NCBI GenBank assembly: GCA_050250895.1
Contig: JBFWNU010000007.1
Span: 352,001 to 416,000 of the forward strand
Length of the DNA stretch: 64,000 nucleotides
Reading direction: 5' to 3'
Source: Vulcanimicrobiota bacterium
GTDB lineage: Bacteria; Vulcanimicrobiota; Xenobia; Xenobiales; JADMJV01
This document shows, piece by piece, positions 9,594-18,295 of the stretch. The stretch's first letter is position 1; every line of letters starts with the position of its first letter. The notes beneath the pieces are model-generated. The model made no database searches and was not told the DNA's origin. It worked only from the letters and a program-made list of their open reading frames with translations. Position numbers and translations under genes: made by a program.

Positions 9594-9639
9594 TTGACCT
9601 CCAGACATTTGTCTGTTAGGATAGCCAGACAAATGTCTA
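9594..9639 (+). promoter_or_regulatory. lexA promoter with two putative LexA operators
   Basis: -35 TTGACC (9594-9599), 17-bp spacer, TG-n-TAGGAT (-10 at 9617-9622); palindromes CAGACATTTGTCTG (9602-9615) and CAGACAAATGTCTA (9626-9639). Confidence 0.75.
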
Positions 9640-10202
9640 CCCGAGAGAAGATTTACGCTTATGTTCGCCAGCGTCTGATGGAGGGGGCGCCCCCCACAAT
9701 TCGTGAGGTCCAGCGCGCCATGGGGCTAAAAGCCGTCGAGTCGGCTCGCAGTCATCTCGAGGCCCTGGTGGCTGAAGGGCGGCTGGTCAAGCAGAGTGGC
9801 CAGGCGCGGGGCTATGCTTTACCTGACGAGTTTCCGGCCGTGATGCAGGTGCCGCTGCTGGGCAGCGTGGCCGCCGGTGAGCTCAGCCTGGCTCTGCAAG
9901 AGCCCGACGGCTTCGTGCCGGCCGAGCGCCGTTCCGGAGAATTCTTTGCCCTCAGGGTAAGGGGGCTCAGCATGCAGAGGGCGGGTATCTTGCCCGACGA
10001 TCTGGTGATCTGCCGGCGCACGCCCACGGCCTCCGAGGGTGATATCGTGGTGGCTCTGGTCGAGGATGAAGCCACCGTCAAGCGATTTCGCCGTCGGGGC
10101 GGCCGGGTCGAACTGCACCCCGAGAACCCCGATTTCGAAGTGATCGTGCCCGAGCAGCTGGTGATTCTGGGCAAGGTAGTCGAGGTGCGGCGCCATCTAT
10201 GA
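9633..10202 (+). CDS. lexA: SOS repressor LexA
   Basis: wHTH PPTIREV; Ala-Gly cleavage site (VAAG); catalytic Ser (GLSM) and Lys (TVKR); C-terminal ILGKVV. ATG 9633 preferred because the TTG at 9594 is the -35 box. Confidence 0.95.
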   Translation: MSTREKIYAYVRQRLMEGAPPTIREVQRAMGLKAVESARSHLEALVAEGRLVKQSGQARGYALPDEFPAVMQVPLLGSVAAGELSLALQEPDGFVPAERRSGEFFALRVRGLSMQRAGILPDDLVICRRTPTASEGDIVVALVEDEATVKRFRRRGGRVELHPENPDFEVIVPEQLVILGKVVEVRRHL

Positions 10203-10897
10203 GACTGTCAGCCATTCAAAAAGGCCTGAGTTTACTGCCTTCGACCACCCTCGAGTGGGGCTTCGAGGGGTGTCAGGGGCGGCTGGTCGAGCTCTCGGGC
10301 GAAGCTGTCCTGAGCGGGGTCATCGAGCTGGTGGCTGAAGCCCAGCACGCCGGCGAGATGGTGGCCTGGGTCAGCTCTGGCCAGCAGCCGTTCTTTCCTC
10401 CCGACGCGGCTCGGGCCGGGCTGGCTCTCGAAGAGCTGGCGGTCATCCTGCTCGAAGACGGCCAGCAAGCGACTCGAGCCACGGTGCGATTGTTGGCCAG
10501 CGGGGGCTTTGGCCTGGTGGTGCTCGATACCCTCTCGTTCGCCGGGCGCTTGCGCTATCCACCCGCCCTGCTCAGCCACTGGGTCGGTCTGACCCGCAAA
10601 CATCACGCGGCCATGGTCGTTTTGACCGATAAGACCGCCCGTCAGGCCTCAGTGAGTTCGCTCGTCTCGCTGCGGGCCGAGTTCTCTTCGACTTCGATCC
10701 AGGAGGTGACCATTCATGTCCTCAAAGACAAGCGACACGGCCCGGGCCGGCACTGGCAACGACGATTTCTCTTGCCGCACGGCCTGCGTGGTGATTCCCG
10801 CTTTCGAGATTCAAGAGATTCTTCGCCGTCGCCCCGACTGGCGAGAATTTCCGGTGGCCTGGGTGTCGGCCCAAAAGCCCACCGCCAAGCTCCTTGA
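10199..10897 (+). CDS. imuA: ImuA / RecA-like translesion-synthesis accessory protein
   Basis: GRLVELSG, FFPPDAA.AG, GGFGLVVLD RecA-like core with a degenerate Walker A; lies between lexA and imuB. Confidence 0.8.
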   Translation: MRLSAIQKGLSLLPSTTLEWGFEGCQGRLVELSGEAVLSGVIELVAEAQHAGEMVAWVSSGQQPFFPPDAARAGLALEELAVILLEDGQQATRATVRLLASGGFGLVVLDTLSFAGRLRYPPALLSHWVGLTRKHHAAMVVLTDKTARQASVSSLVSLRAEFSSTSIQEVTIHVLKDKRHGPGRHWQRRFLLPHGLRGDSRFRDSRDSSPSPRLARISGGLGVGPKAHRQAP

Positions 10898-12197
10898 GGT
10901 CAACTCGCTGGGTCGCTGTTCTGGCTTGCGACCGGGCATGCAATATTCGGTCGCGTTGTCGGTGGTGCCCGAACTCCGGGCTGACTGTCTGTCCGAGCAA
11001 GAGGTTCAGGCGGCCAGCGGGCAGGTGGCCGGGTTGCTGCGCAAGTTCAGCCCCGAACTCGAGATCGCTAAGGAACAGTCGGGGGTTTTCTGGTTGGGGG
11101 CGGGCGGACTCGAGCCGCTCTTCGGGTCGCTTAAGGAGTGGGCCGAAGAATTGGCTCAAGAACTGGCTCGTCAGGGCTGGATGGCCAGCCTGACGGTCGG
11201 CTTTAGTCGCTTTGGCAGCTATGCGGTGGGGCTGGCTGCTGAGGGGGTGGAAGTGCTCGAAGATGCCGCCCACGAGCAGAAAAGGGCGCTCCAGAGCGAG
11301 CTTTCATGCTTTGGCCTCGAGGTGGCCACCCTGCTGGCCCTCGAGCAACTGGGGGTGAGGCGACTAAAAGAGCTGTTGGCGCTACCCGCCAATGGCCTGC
11401 GTGAGCGCTTTGGCAACCAGGTTTTCGAGTTGCACCGGCAGGCTGCCGGGGGGCTCTGGTCGCCTTTGCAGTTGACTCCCGAGCTCGAGCCATTTCGTTT
11501 AGAGAGTCACTTTGACTACGTGCAGCCGGCCAGTCAGGGGTTGCTTTTTCTGGTCAAGCGCTTGTTGGATCCGCTGCTGGGTCGGCTGATGCGCCGGGGT
11601 CTGGGGGTCGAAGTGCTCCATCTGGAGTTTTTTCTAGAGGATGCACCGGTCTGTCATACCCGGCTCAAGCTGGCTTACCCGAGCCTCGAGCGGCGCAAAA
11701 TTCTAGAACTGGTCAGGCTGCGTCTCGACAATCTCGAATTGACTTCAGGGGTGGTGGGGCTGGCCGTCGAGGTCGAGCCAACGGCGCTCGAGCGTGAGCA
11801 ATTGTCTTTGTTCGAGCTTGATAGTCGGCGTTGTCAAGCCGATGCCGAACGTGCCCTGGCCCGTTTGAGAGCCGAGTTTGGCGAGCAGGCGGTAGTGCGG
11901 GTGCGCCTGCAAGAGGCGAATTTGCCGGCCGCTGCCTTTCTTTTCGAGCCCTGGCAGAAGAGGTCGCGCAAGGTGTCGCCACAACCCTATCAACCGGTGC
12001 GCATTCGCCGCTTTCATCGCCAACCCGAGCCTTTGAAGGGGCGGGTCGCTCTGGCTCAGGAGTTGCCCATCCGGCTGAGCGGCGGCTGGTGGAGAAACGA
12101 ATACGATCGAGACTATCACTACGGCCAGAGCGGGGCCAAGTTGCTGTGGCTTTATCGTGAGCAAGGAGTGTGGTTTGTCCAGGGCTGTGTGCAATAG
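10716..12197 (+). CDS. imuB: ImuB, inactive Y-family polymerase
   Basis: GLRPGM, FSP..E, L..LGV..L..L..LP...L..RFG, QLSLF beta-clamp motif, GGWW...RDY C-terminus. Confidence 0.88.
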   Translation: MSSKTSDTARAGTGNDDFSCRTACVVIPAFEIQEILRRRPDWREFPVAWVSAQKPTAKLLEVNSLGRCSGLRPGMQYSVALSVVPELRADCLSEQEVQAASGQVAGLLRKFSPELEIAKEQSGVFWLGAGGLEPLFGSLKEWAEELAQELARQGWMASLTVGFSRFGSYAVGLAAEGVEVLEDAAHEQKRALQSELSCFGLEVATLLALEQLGVRRLKELLALPANGLRERFGNQVFELHRQAAGGLWSPLQLTPELEPFRLESHFDYVQPASQGLLFLVKRLLDPLLGRLMRRGLGVEVLHLEFFLEDAPVCHTRLKLAYPSLERRKILELVRLRLDNLELTSGVVGLAVEVEPTALEREQLSLFELDSRRCQADAERALARLRAEFGEQAVVRVRLQEANLPAAAFLFEPWQKRSRKVSPQPYQPVRIRRFHRQPEPLKGRVALAQELPIRLSGGWWRNEYDRDYHYGQSGAKLLWLYREQGVWFVQGCVQ

Positions 12198-15100
12198 TTA
12201 CGTGCCTTTGTGGTGCAAGAGCAACGGCTCTTTCCTGGAGGGGGCAAGCCACCCCGAAGAGTTGGTCGAGCAGGCTCATCATTTGCAGTTGCCCGCTGTG
12301 GCGCTCACCGATCGTAATGGGGTATATGGTTTGGCCCGGGCTTTTGGGCGGGCTCAAGAGCTGGGTCAGAAGCTTTTAAGCGGCTGCCAACTGCAGTTAG
12401 AAGATGACTCTCGACTGGTGGTGCTGGCCGAGAATCTCGAGGGTTACCAGCATATGTGCCGCCTGATTACGCTGGGCTGCCGGCGCTCGAGCAAAGGTAA
12501 CTGCTCGGTGAAGTGGGCCGAAGTGGCCGAGCATGCGGGGGGGTTGCTGGCTCTGTGGGGAGGCCAGGGTAGCTTGCTGCAAGAGGGTAGGGGAGAAGTG
12601 GTCAAGGCGCGAGGCCGCCTGCTCAAAGAGGCCTTTAAAGATAGGCTTTACGCCCTGGTGGCCCGCCATCTTCGAGCTTTAGAGCCGGCTCTCGAGGCTC
12701 GCTTGCGCCAGCGAGCCAGAATGCTCGACCTGCCCCTGGTGGCGGGTCGCGAGGTGCTATATCACGCCCCTTCGAGACGACCGTTGCAAGATGTTTTGAC
12801 CTGCATTCGCCACGGTTGCACGCTCGAGAATGCCGGGCGTCGGCTGGCTCCGAATGCCGAGCATGGCCTGCTGGGGGGGGAGGATTTTCGCCGGCTTTTT
12901 GGCGACGATCCCGAGGCGGTTAGGCGTACCCTCGAAATCGGCGAACGCTGTCACTTTTCGCTTGAGCAACTGCGCTATCGGTATCCCAGCGAGGGCCGCA
13001 GCTTGCGCGAGTTGACCTATCAGGGAGCGGACCGACGCTATCCCGATGGGGTTCCCCGGGCGGTGGTGGCTCAACTCGAGGCCGAACTCGCCTTGATCGA
13101 CGAGCTGGATTATGCCGGCTACTTCTTGACGATGTACGAGATCGTGGAGTTCTGCCAGAGTCAGGGGATTCTCTGCCAGGGTCGGGGCTCGGCGGCCAAC
13201 TCTTCCGTCTGCTTTTGCCTGGGGATCACGGCCGTCGATCCGGTCAAGATCGGGCTACTGTTCGAACGCTTCATCTCACGCGAGCGGGCCGAGCCTCCCG
13301 ACATCGATCTCGATATTGCCCACCAGCGCCGCGAAGAGGTGATTCAGTTCGTCTATCGCCGCTACGGCCGTGAACGGGCCGCCATGGTGGCCAATGTGGT
13401 GCGCTATCGGCCTCGTTCGGCCCTGCGCGAGGTGGGCAAGGCGCTGGGGCTCGAGGTGGTGTCGCTCGAGCGGGTGGCCAAACTTTGCAGTTATTACAGC
13501 GACCATCTCTCGCCGGGGCTGCTCGAGCAAGCGGGCCTGTGCCCTGATCTTCCGGCTCATCGGATGCTGCTTAAATACGCCAATCAGATTCTGGATTTTC
13601 CCCGTCATCTTTCCATTCATCCTGGCGGCTTTCTGCTCGGAGACCGCCCCGTTCACGAGCTGGTTCCGGTCGAGAATGCCACCATGGAAGAACGAACCGT
13701 GATCCAGTGGGATAAGTATGATGTCGAGGCTTTGGGCTTGTTTAAAGTCGACCTGTTGGGACTGGGGGCCCTGTCGCATCTCGATCGGGCTTTTCGTTTG
13801 CTGGCCGACGGTGGGATCGAATTGAACATGGCCAGTCTGCCCAGCGACGATCCGGCCACTTTCGACATGCTGGGTGAAGGGAATTCGGTCGGGGTCTTTC
13901 AGATCGAAAGCCGGGCTCAGATGTCGATGCTGCCACGGCTTAAGCCTCGCTGCTATTACGATCTGGTCATCGAGGTGGCGATCGTGCGCCCGGGTCCGAT
14001 CACGGGTGGGATGGTGCATCCCTATTTGCGACGGCGCTGCGGAGAAGAGCCCATCGACTATCCTCACCCCGATCTCTTGCCGGTACTCGAGAAGACTTTG
14101 GGAATTCCCCTTTTTCAAGAGCAAGTGATGAAGCTGGCGGTGGTGGCTGCTGATTATTCCCCGGGGGAGGCCGACCAGTTGCGTCGGGATATGGCCGCCT
14201 GGCGCAGTCAGGGCAAATTGAATCGCCATCGGGAGCGGCTGATCTCGCGAATGACGGCCAAAGGCATCGACCTTCGTTTTGCCGAGCGGGTTTTCGAGCA
14301 GATCCGCGGTTTTGGCGAGTATGGCTTTCCCGAAAGCCATGCTGCCAGCTTTGCTTTGATTACTTACGCCACGGCTTATCTCAAGTGTCATTACCCCACC
14401 GAATTTACCTGCGCTCTGCTCAACAGTTTGCCGATGGGTTTTTATTCGGCCGCCACGGTCATTGAAGACGCTCGGCGTAATGGGGTCAAGTTCTTGCCGA
14501 TCTGTGCCCGGGTCAGCCGTTGGGAGTGCCGTCTCGAAGCCGGTGCGATTCGCATGGGAGCCCGCTTTGTCAAAGGTCTACGGGAGAGCGACTGGGACGA
14601 ACTGGAAAGGCTGCGCCCTTTGACTTCTTTCGAAGGACTGGTGCTGCAAAGCCGCCTCGACCGGCGTGCTCTGGAGGGGCTGGCTCAAGCCGGAGCTTTC
14701 GATCGATTGGGGCTGTCTCGGCGCTCGGCGCTGTGGGATATTCGCCAGTTGATTCGGCGTCGTCAAGAGGTTCTGGTGTCGGTGGCCGAAGAGAGTCCAG
14801 CTTTTCAGAACCTGCATCGGGGGGAGCAGATTGCCTGGGACTGCCTGGCTTCGAGCCACAGCACGCGAGGTCATCCCCTCGAGCAGTTGCGTCCGGCGCT
14901 TCGGCAACAGGGCTTGCCCGAAGCGGTGCGACTCAAGGCTGGGCGCGACGGAGCGCGGGTGCGTTATGCCGGGTTGGTGATCTGCCGACAACGGCCTTCT
15001 ACGGCCAAAGGAACCGTCTTCATGACTCTCGAGGATGAGACCGGCTTTGTCAACGTCGTGCTCTGGCCTCACGTTTTTGAGCGCTATTCGGTAATGGCGA

Positions 15101-15234
15101 AAACCCTTTGGTTTCTTGGGGTTAGTGGACGTTTGCAGTCCCAGCACGGCGTTTCTCATCTCATCGCAGAAAGACTGTGGGCCCCTCGGGTCGAACCGCT
15201 GATTCAGCGGGTGACAAGTCGAGATTTTCATTGA
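12187..15234 (+). CDS. dnaE2: Error-prone DNA polymerase DnaE2 (ImuC)
   Basis: PHP domain (SFLEGASHPEEL), GRGSAANS, PPDIDLD, GFPESHA, OB-fold RQRPSTAKG, diagnostic C-terminal SRDFH. Likely GTG start at 12187. Confidence 0.96.
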   Translation: MCNSYVPLWCKSNGSFLEGASHPEELVEQAHHLQLPAVALTDRNGVYGLARAFGRAQELGQKLLSGCQLQLEDDSRLVVLAENLEGYQHMCRLITLGCRRSSKGNCSVKWAEVAEHAGGLLALWGGQGSLLQEGRGEVVKARGRLLKEAFKDRLYALVARHLRALEPALEARLRQRARMLDLPLVAGREVLYHAPSRRPLQDVLTCIRHGCTLENAGRRLAPNAEHGLLGGEDFRRLFGDDPEAVRRTLEIGERCHFSLEQLRYRYPSEGRSLRELTYQGADRRYPDGVPRAVVAQLEAELALIDELDYAGYFLTMYEIVEFCQSQGILCQGRGSAANSSVCFCLGITAVDPVKIGLLFERFISRERAEPPDIDLDIAHQRREEVIQFVYRRYGRERAAMVANVVRYRPRSALREVGKALGLEVVSLERVAKLCSYYSDHLSPGLLEQAGLCPDLPAHRMLLKYANQILDFPRHLSIHPGGFLLGDRPVHELVPVENATMEERTVIQWDKYDVEALGLFKVDLLGLGALSHLDRAFRLLADGGIELNMASLPSDDPATFDMLGEGNSVGVFQIESRAQMSMLPRLKPRCYYDLVIEVAIVRPGPITGGMVHPYLRRRCGEEPIDYPHPDLLPVLEKTLGIPLFQEQVMKLAVVAADYSPGEADQLRRDMAAWRSQGKLNRHRERLISRMTAKGIDLRFAERVFEQIRGFGEYGFPESHAASFALITYATAYLKCHYPTEFTCALLNSLPMGFYSAATVIEDARRNGVKFLPICARVSRWECRLEAGAIRMGARFVKGLRESDWDELERLRPLTSFEGLVLQSRLDRRALEGLAQAGAFDRLGLSRRSALWDIRQLIRRRQEVLVSVAEESPAFQNLHRGEQIAWDCLASSHSTRGHPLEQLRPALRQQGLPEAVRLKAGRDGARVRYAGLVICRQRPSTAKGTVFMTLEDETGFVNVVLWPHVFERYSVMAKTLWFLGVSGRLQSQHGVSHLIAERLWAPRVEPLIQRVTSRDFH

Positions 15235-15299
15235 GAATCCCGACAAAATTGGGGTGAAACGATGTTTCCGCCATGTTCCCGTGCGAGAATAAGGCCTCT

Positions 15300-15977
15300 A
15301 TGGGGTGGAACGTGCAGCTATTCAAATGGTGGACCCGCCAGAAGCAAGACCCGGTCGTCACCCTGTTGGCCATCGATCGCGAGCAGGTCATTCTAGGCAG
15401 CGACCATCCCCTGGCGGTGGGTAAGACGGTGACGGTTCGCGCCCGCCGCCCCAATGGGGAAGAGCGCGAGCTGAAGGTTCTTCCTTACTACGTCCGGCCG
15501 GCAGGTCGGGCCTTTGTTTGCGTGGGTCTGGCCGACCACGATCTGGGCGAGACGACCCGGCCCAGCGAGCAGGCTGATTGGGGGGTGCGCCGCGGAATTC
15601 GCTTGCGCTGCAGTTTGCGGGCCACCTCCGAGACGTTGCCTGACTATCAGGGGGTCATTCTGGATTTCACACCCCGCGGAGTCAAGTTGCGAGCTCGCGG
15701 TCCGGTCGAGGTGGGAACTCGCCTCGAACTGAAGATCGAGACCGATTTTTCTCAGGCGGCCGCCTTCGAATGCGAAGCCGAGGTCGCCTGGTGCGTGACC
15801 AAGGACCGCAACCAGGCGCTGCTCGGTTTGCGCTTTTGTGTTCCCCAAGAAGAGATGGCCGAGCACCAGCTACAAAAGCTAGAAGCTGTGTTGCAGTGGC
15901 GCGAACACAGCTCCTTTATGGAAAGTATCTTGACCAACGAGCCTCTCGAACGTAGAAAGGCTCCGCGGGACCTGTGA
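15300..15977 (+). CDS. PilZ domain protein
   Basis: RRGIR plus a DFTPRG variant of the RxxxR / DxSxxG motifs; V.W...LGLRF. Confidence 0.75.
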   Translation: MGWNVQLFKWWTRQKQDPVVTLLAIDREQVILGSDHPLAVGKTVTVRARRPNGEERELKVLPYYVRPAGRAFVCVGLADHDLGETTRPSEQADWGVRRGIRLRCSLRATSETLPDYQGVILDFTPRGVKLRARGPVEVGTRLELKIETDFSQAAAFECEAEVAWCVTKDRNQALLGLRFCVPQEEMAEHQLQKLEAVLQWREHSSFMESILTNEPLERRKAPRDL

Positions 15978-15978
15978 A

Positions 15979-16461
15979 TTAAGGGGTGGCAGCCTCCGCA
16001 GGGGTCGCCTCGGCGGGAGTTGCGCCGTCGGCGGGGGTGGCGTCTCCCTCGGGCGGGGTGGCCTCCCCACCAGGAGTAGCGGCTACCTCGTTCTTGAGCA
16101 CGCGCAGGGTGTGGGCGATTTTTTCGGTGCCCCCGTCAACATTGACTTCCTTATATTTGACCTGGACCTGCGTGCCCTCTTTGATCTCCGGGCTCTCGGA
16201 GCGCGAGACGATCTTCGTCTCGGGCTTGAGCTTGAACACCCACTCGTTGTCATCCGACTTGACGCTGATGCTCTCGCCCTCCTGATAGCTGGTGACGATG
16301 CCGCCGAACGAGGTGCCGACCCAGAATCGTGGCGCATCCTCCGTGTCCTGGCCGGTGGCTACCATTTGGCCCCCCAAGAAACCGAAACAAACCAGGGCCA
16401 GACCGAGCACCACGAAACCTATAATCCTCGGAACATTTGTTCCTTCTTGCTCATCAGACAT
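15979..16461 (-). CDS. Membrane-anchored protein with an OB-fold-like beta domain and a low-complexity (x)ATP(x) tail
   Basis: N-terminal TM; C-terminal ATPGGEATPPEGDATPADGATPAEATPAEAATP. Confidence 0.7.
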   Translation of the reverse strand: MSDEQEGTNVPRIIGFVVLGLALVCFGFLGGQMVATGQDTEDAPRFWVGTSFGGIVTSYQEGESISVKSDDNEWVFKLKPETKIVSRSESPEIKEGTQVQVKYKEVNVDGGTEKIAHTLRVLKNEVAATPGGEATPPEGDATPADGATPAEATPAEAATP

Positions 16462-16539
16462 CCTAAAACCCCCTTCTTCCTACTGTTCAGAAGTGAAGGG
16501 TTCTCGACCTTGGATGGTCGTCCTGTCTGCGCGGGTTTT

Positions 16540-18186
16540 CTAGTTGTCGTTCGTCTGAGCGCAACGCGCTTTTCGGTCGTCGAAATAGTCCTGCACATCG
16601 CCGTCGAGAGCCGATGAGGACCAGCCCAGCACGATCACCGGGCGCGCATCGCGGCGAGGATCGCTGGCCAGCACCGCCTTTTCGTCGACAGGTTGCGCTC
16701 CAGCCAGGGCGGCAAAACGGGGATTATCGCCCAGATCCTCTCGGATGGTATCCAGAATGCGGTTGGCGATGACGGCATGGCCGACATTGGCGGGGTGGAT
16801 TCCGTCGTAGCCGAAGATTCCATCCTGGTCGGATTGGGTCGATACCCCGGTAAAGGTATTGGTAACTTTAATGTCAGGCCCCTCACCCCGGAGGGAGACC
16901 CCGGTTTGCTTGGTCTGGTTTAGCAGGCCAGCCACATCGACCAGATGAACGCGCTCGTTCGAGGCGGCGGCGTTGGCGATGATCTGGTTGAATTCCACAG
17001 TCCGCTCGCGCACTTTGCCGATCTCATCCGGGTCCAGCACCTCGTCTTCCGAGAGGAGCGCGTCGGCCTTGGCCAGGTCGTAGTGCTCGAGAAAGATTCG
17101 GTGAGCCTTCTTGAGCAGCATCCCCAGGGACACCATCGTGCCGCTGGGAAACTCGGTGCGCCCCTCCTGGCCCTGACCGCGAATCTTACTGGGAATGGTC
17201 CAGTCTTCGATGGTCTGGGTCAGGTCGGTGCCGTCCGGCAGGGCAATACGGAAAGGTAGATGACCCACCTTGTCCCCCACCTGCCGCAGGAAAGGAATCA
17301 CGGTGACGTCGGGGATGTTCATCAACATGATCTCGGCGTCGGTTTCGTTGAGCAAACGAGTGAGCGCCCCCTCGGGACCGTCGAAGGCGTTCTTGAAGCC
17401 CTTCATGACATGGGGGGTCTGTCTGATTACGCGGCTGCCGGTAATAGGATTGGTGGTGGTATACTCCCAAACCCGATCTTCGACCGGGGTAAGGGTGCGG
17501 TCGTCCACGGTCATTTGCGAGGCCGATTCGAGGGCGTCGTTGTTGCCGGCCCAGAAGGTGATCAGATCGGGCTTTTGTTCGATGGCCCGATCGATCTCGG
17601 ACTTGCCCTTCTCGACCTTGCCCCCCTCTTGCAAGATATTTCGCACGTAGGGGGCCATCATGAATAAGGGCCCGGCGGAATTGGCTCCGTCGGTCATTTC
17701 CTGCATCAAGTCGTAAACGTTGCTGACATCGGTCAGATGGCGCAGTTCGAAATTCGGGACAGCCACATTCTGAGTCGGTCCCTCATTCATGAGTTTGCCC
17801 ATGCCGCCAGCGCTGTAGAGGGGCTCGAGAAGCAGCTCGTGAGGCACGAACCCCGCTCCGATCAGGGCCATGGGCACGGCTACCGCCGCTCCCACCATGG
17901 CGTAGCTCCAGAGAGCTTTGGTGATGGCCGCGTCATGTCCCAGGAATACCGCCGGAGGAACGCCACCTTCCGAAAAGAGGGGTTGCTTGAATTCTAACCC
18001 GGCCTGTTTGGCGATCAGGCTGCTAAAGTTGGCTTCTTGGCCGGTGTGAATGAGGGTCGCATCCTGAAAACCGGCGGACAGGCTATCGCCCACCGTAACC
18101 AATTTGATCGGCTTGTCCGCTTGCGTCGACTCGGCGTTGGAACTGGCCCGCGACGGCGCTGTTATCGGCAACTGTTGGATCCTCAT
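16540..18186 (-). CDS. SGNH/GDSL hydrolase family protein
   Basis: GDSLSAG, WAGNNDAL and DGIHP blocks. Confidence 0.85.
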   Translation of the reverse strand: MRIQQLPITAPSRASSNAESTQADKPIKLVTVGDSLSAGFQDATLIHTGQEANFSSLIAKQAGLEFKQPLFSEGGVPPAVFLGHDAAITKALWSYAMVGAAVAVPMALIGAGFVPHELLLEPLYSAGGMGKLMNEGPTQNVAVPNFELRHLTDVSNVYDLMQEMTDGANSAGPLFMMAPYVRNILQEGGKVEKGKSEIDRAIEQKPDLITFWAGNNDALESASQMTVDDRTLTPVEDRVWEYTTTNPITGSRVIRQTPHVMKGFKNAFDGPEGALTRLLNETDAEIMLMNIPDVTVIPFLRQVGDKVGHLPFRIALPDGTDLTQTIEDWTIPSKIRGQGQEGRTEFPSGTMVSLGMLLKKAHRIFLEHYDLAKADALLSEDEVLDPDEIGKVRERTVEFNQIIANAAASNERVHLVDVAGLLNQTKQTGVSLRGEGPDIKVTNTFTGVSTQSDQDGIFGYDGIHPANVGHAVIANRILDTIREDLGDNPRFAALAGAQPVDEKAVLASDPRRDARPVIVLGWSSSALDGDVQDYFDDRKARCAQTNDN

Positions 18187-18295
18187 TCTCGCAGTATGGC
18201 TGGGTGGGCCGAAAAATCGCTTAAAGGAAATGTAACAACTTCGTCGCTAGCCTCTCTCAGAGGGTAACGGCCATCGCTGCAAGAAGGCGTCCCTG

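Noticed and set aside
9594-9632. TTG start extending LexA by 13 aa
   Set aside because: The TTG is the -35 hexamer; the promoter geometry supports ATG 9633.
9633-15234. SOS mutagenesis cassette as a novel system or mobile element
   Set aside because: lexA-imuA-imuB-dnaE2 is well described, and no flanking integrase, transposase or att repeats are visible; only the operator is noteworthy.
15982-16085. ATP-x repeats at the C-terminus of 15979-16461 as a functional repeat system
   Set aside because: A short degenerate Pro/Ala/Thr linker-like tail with no associated enzymes.
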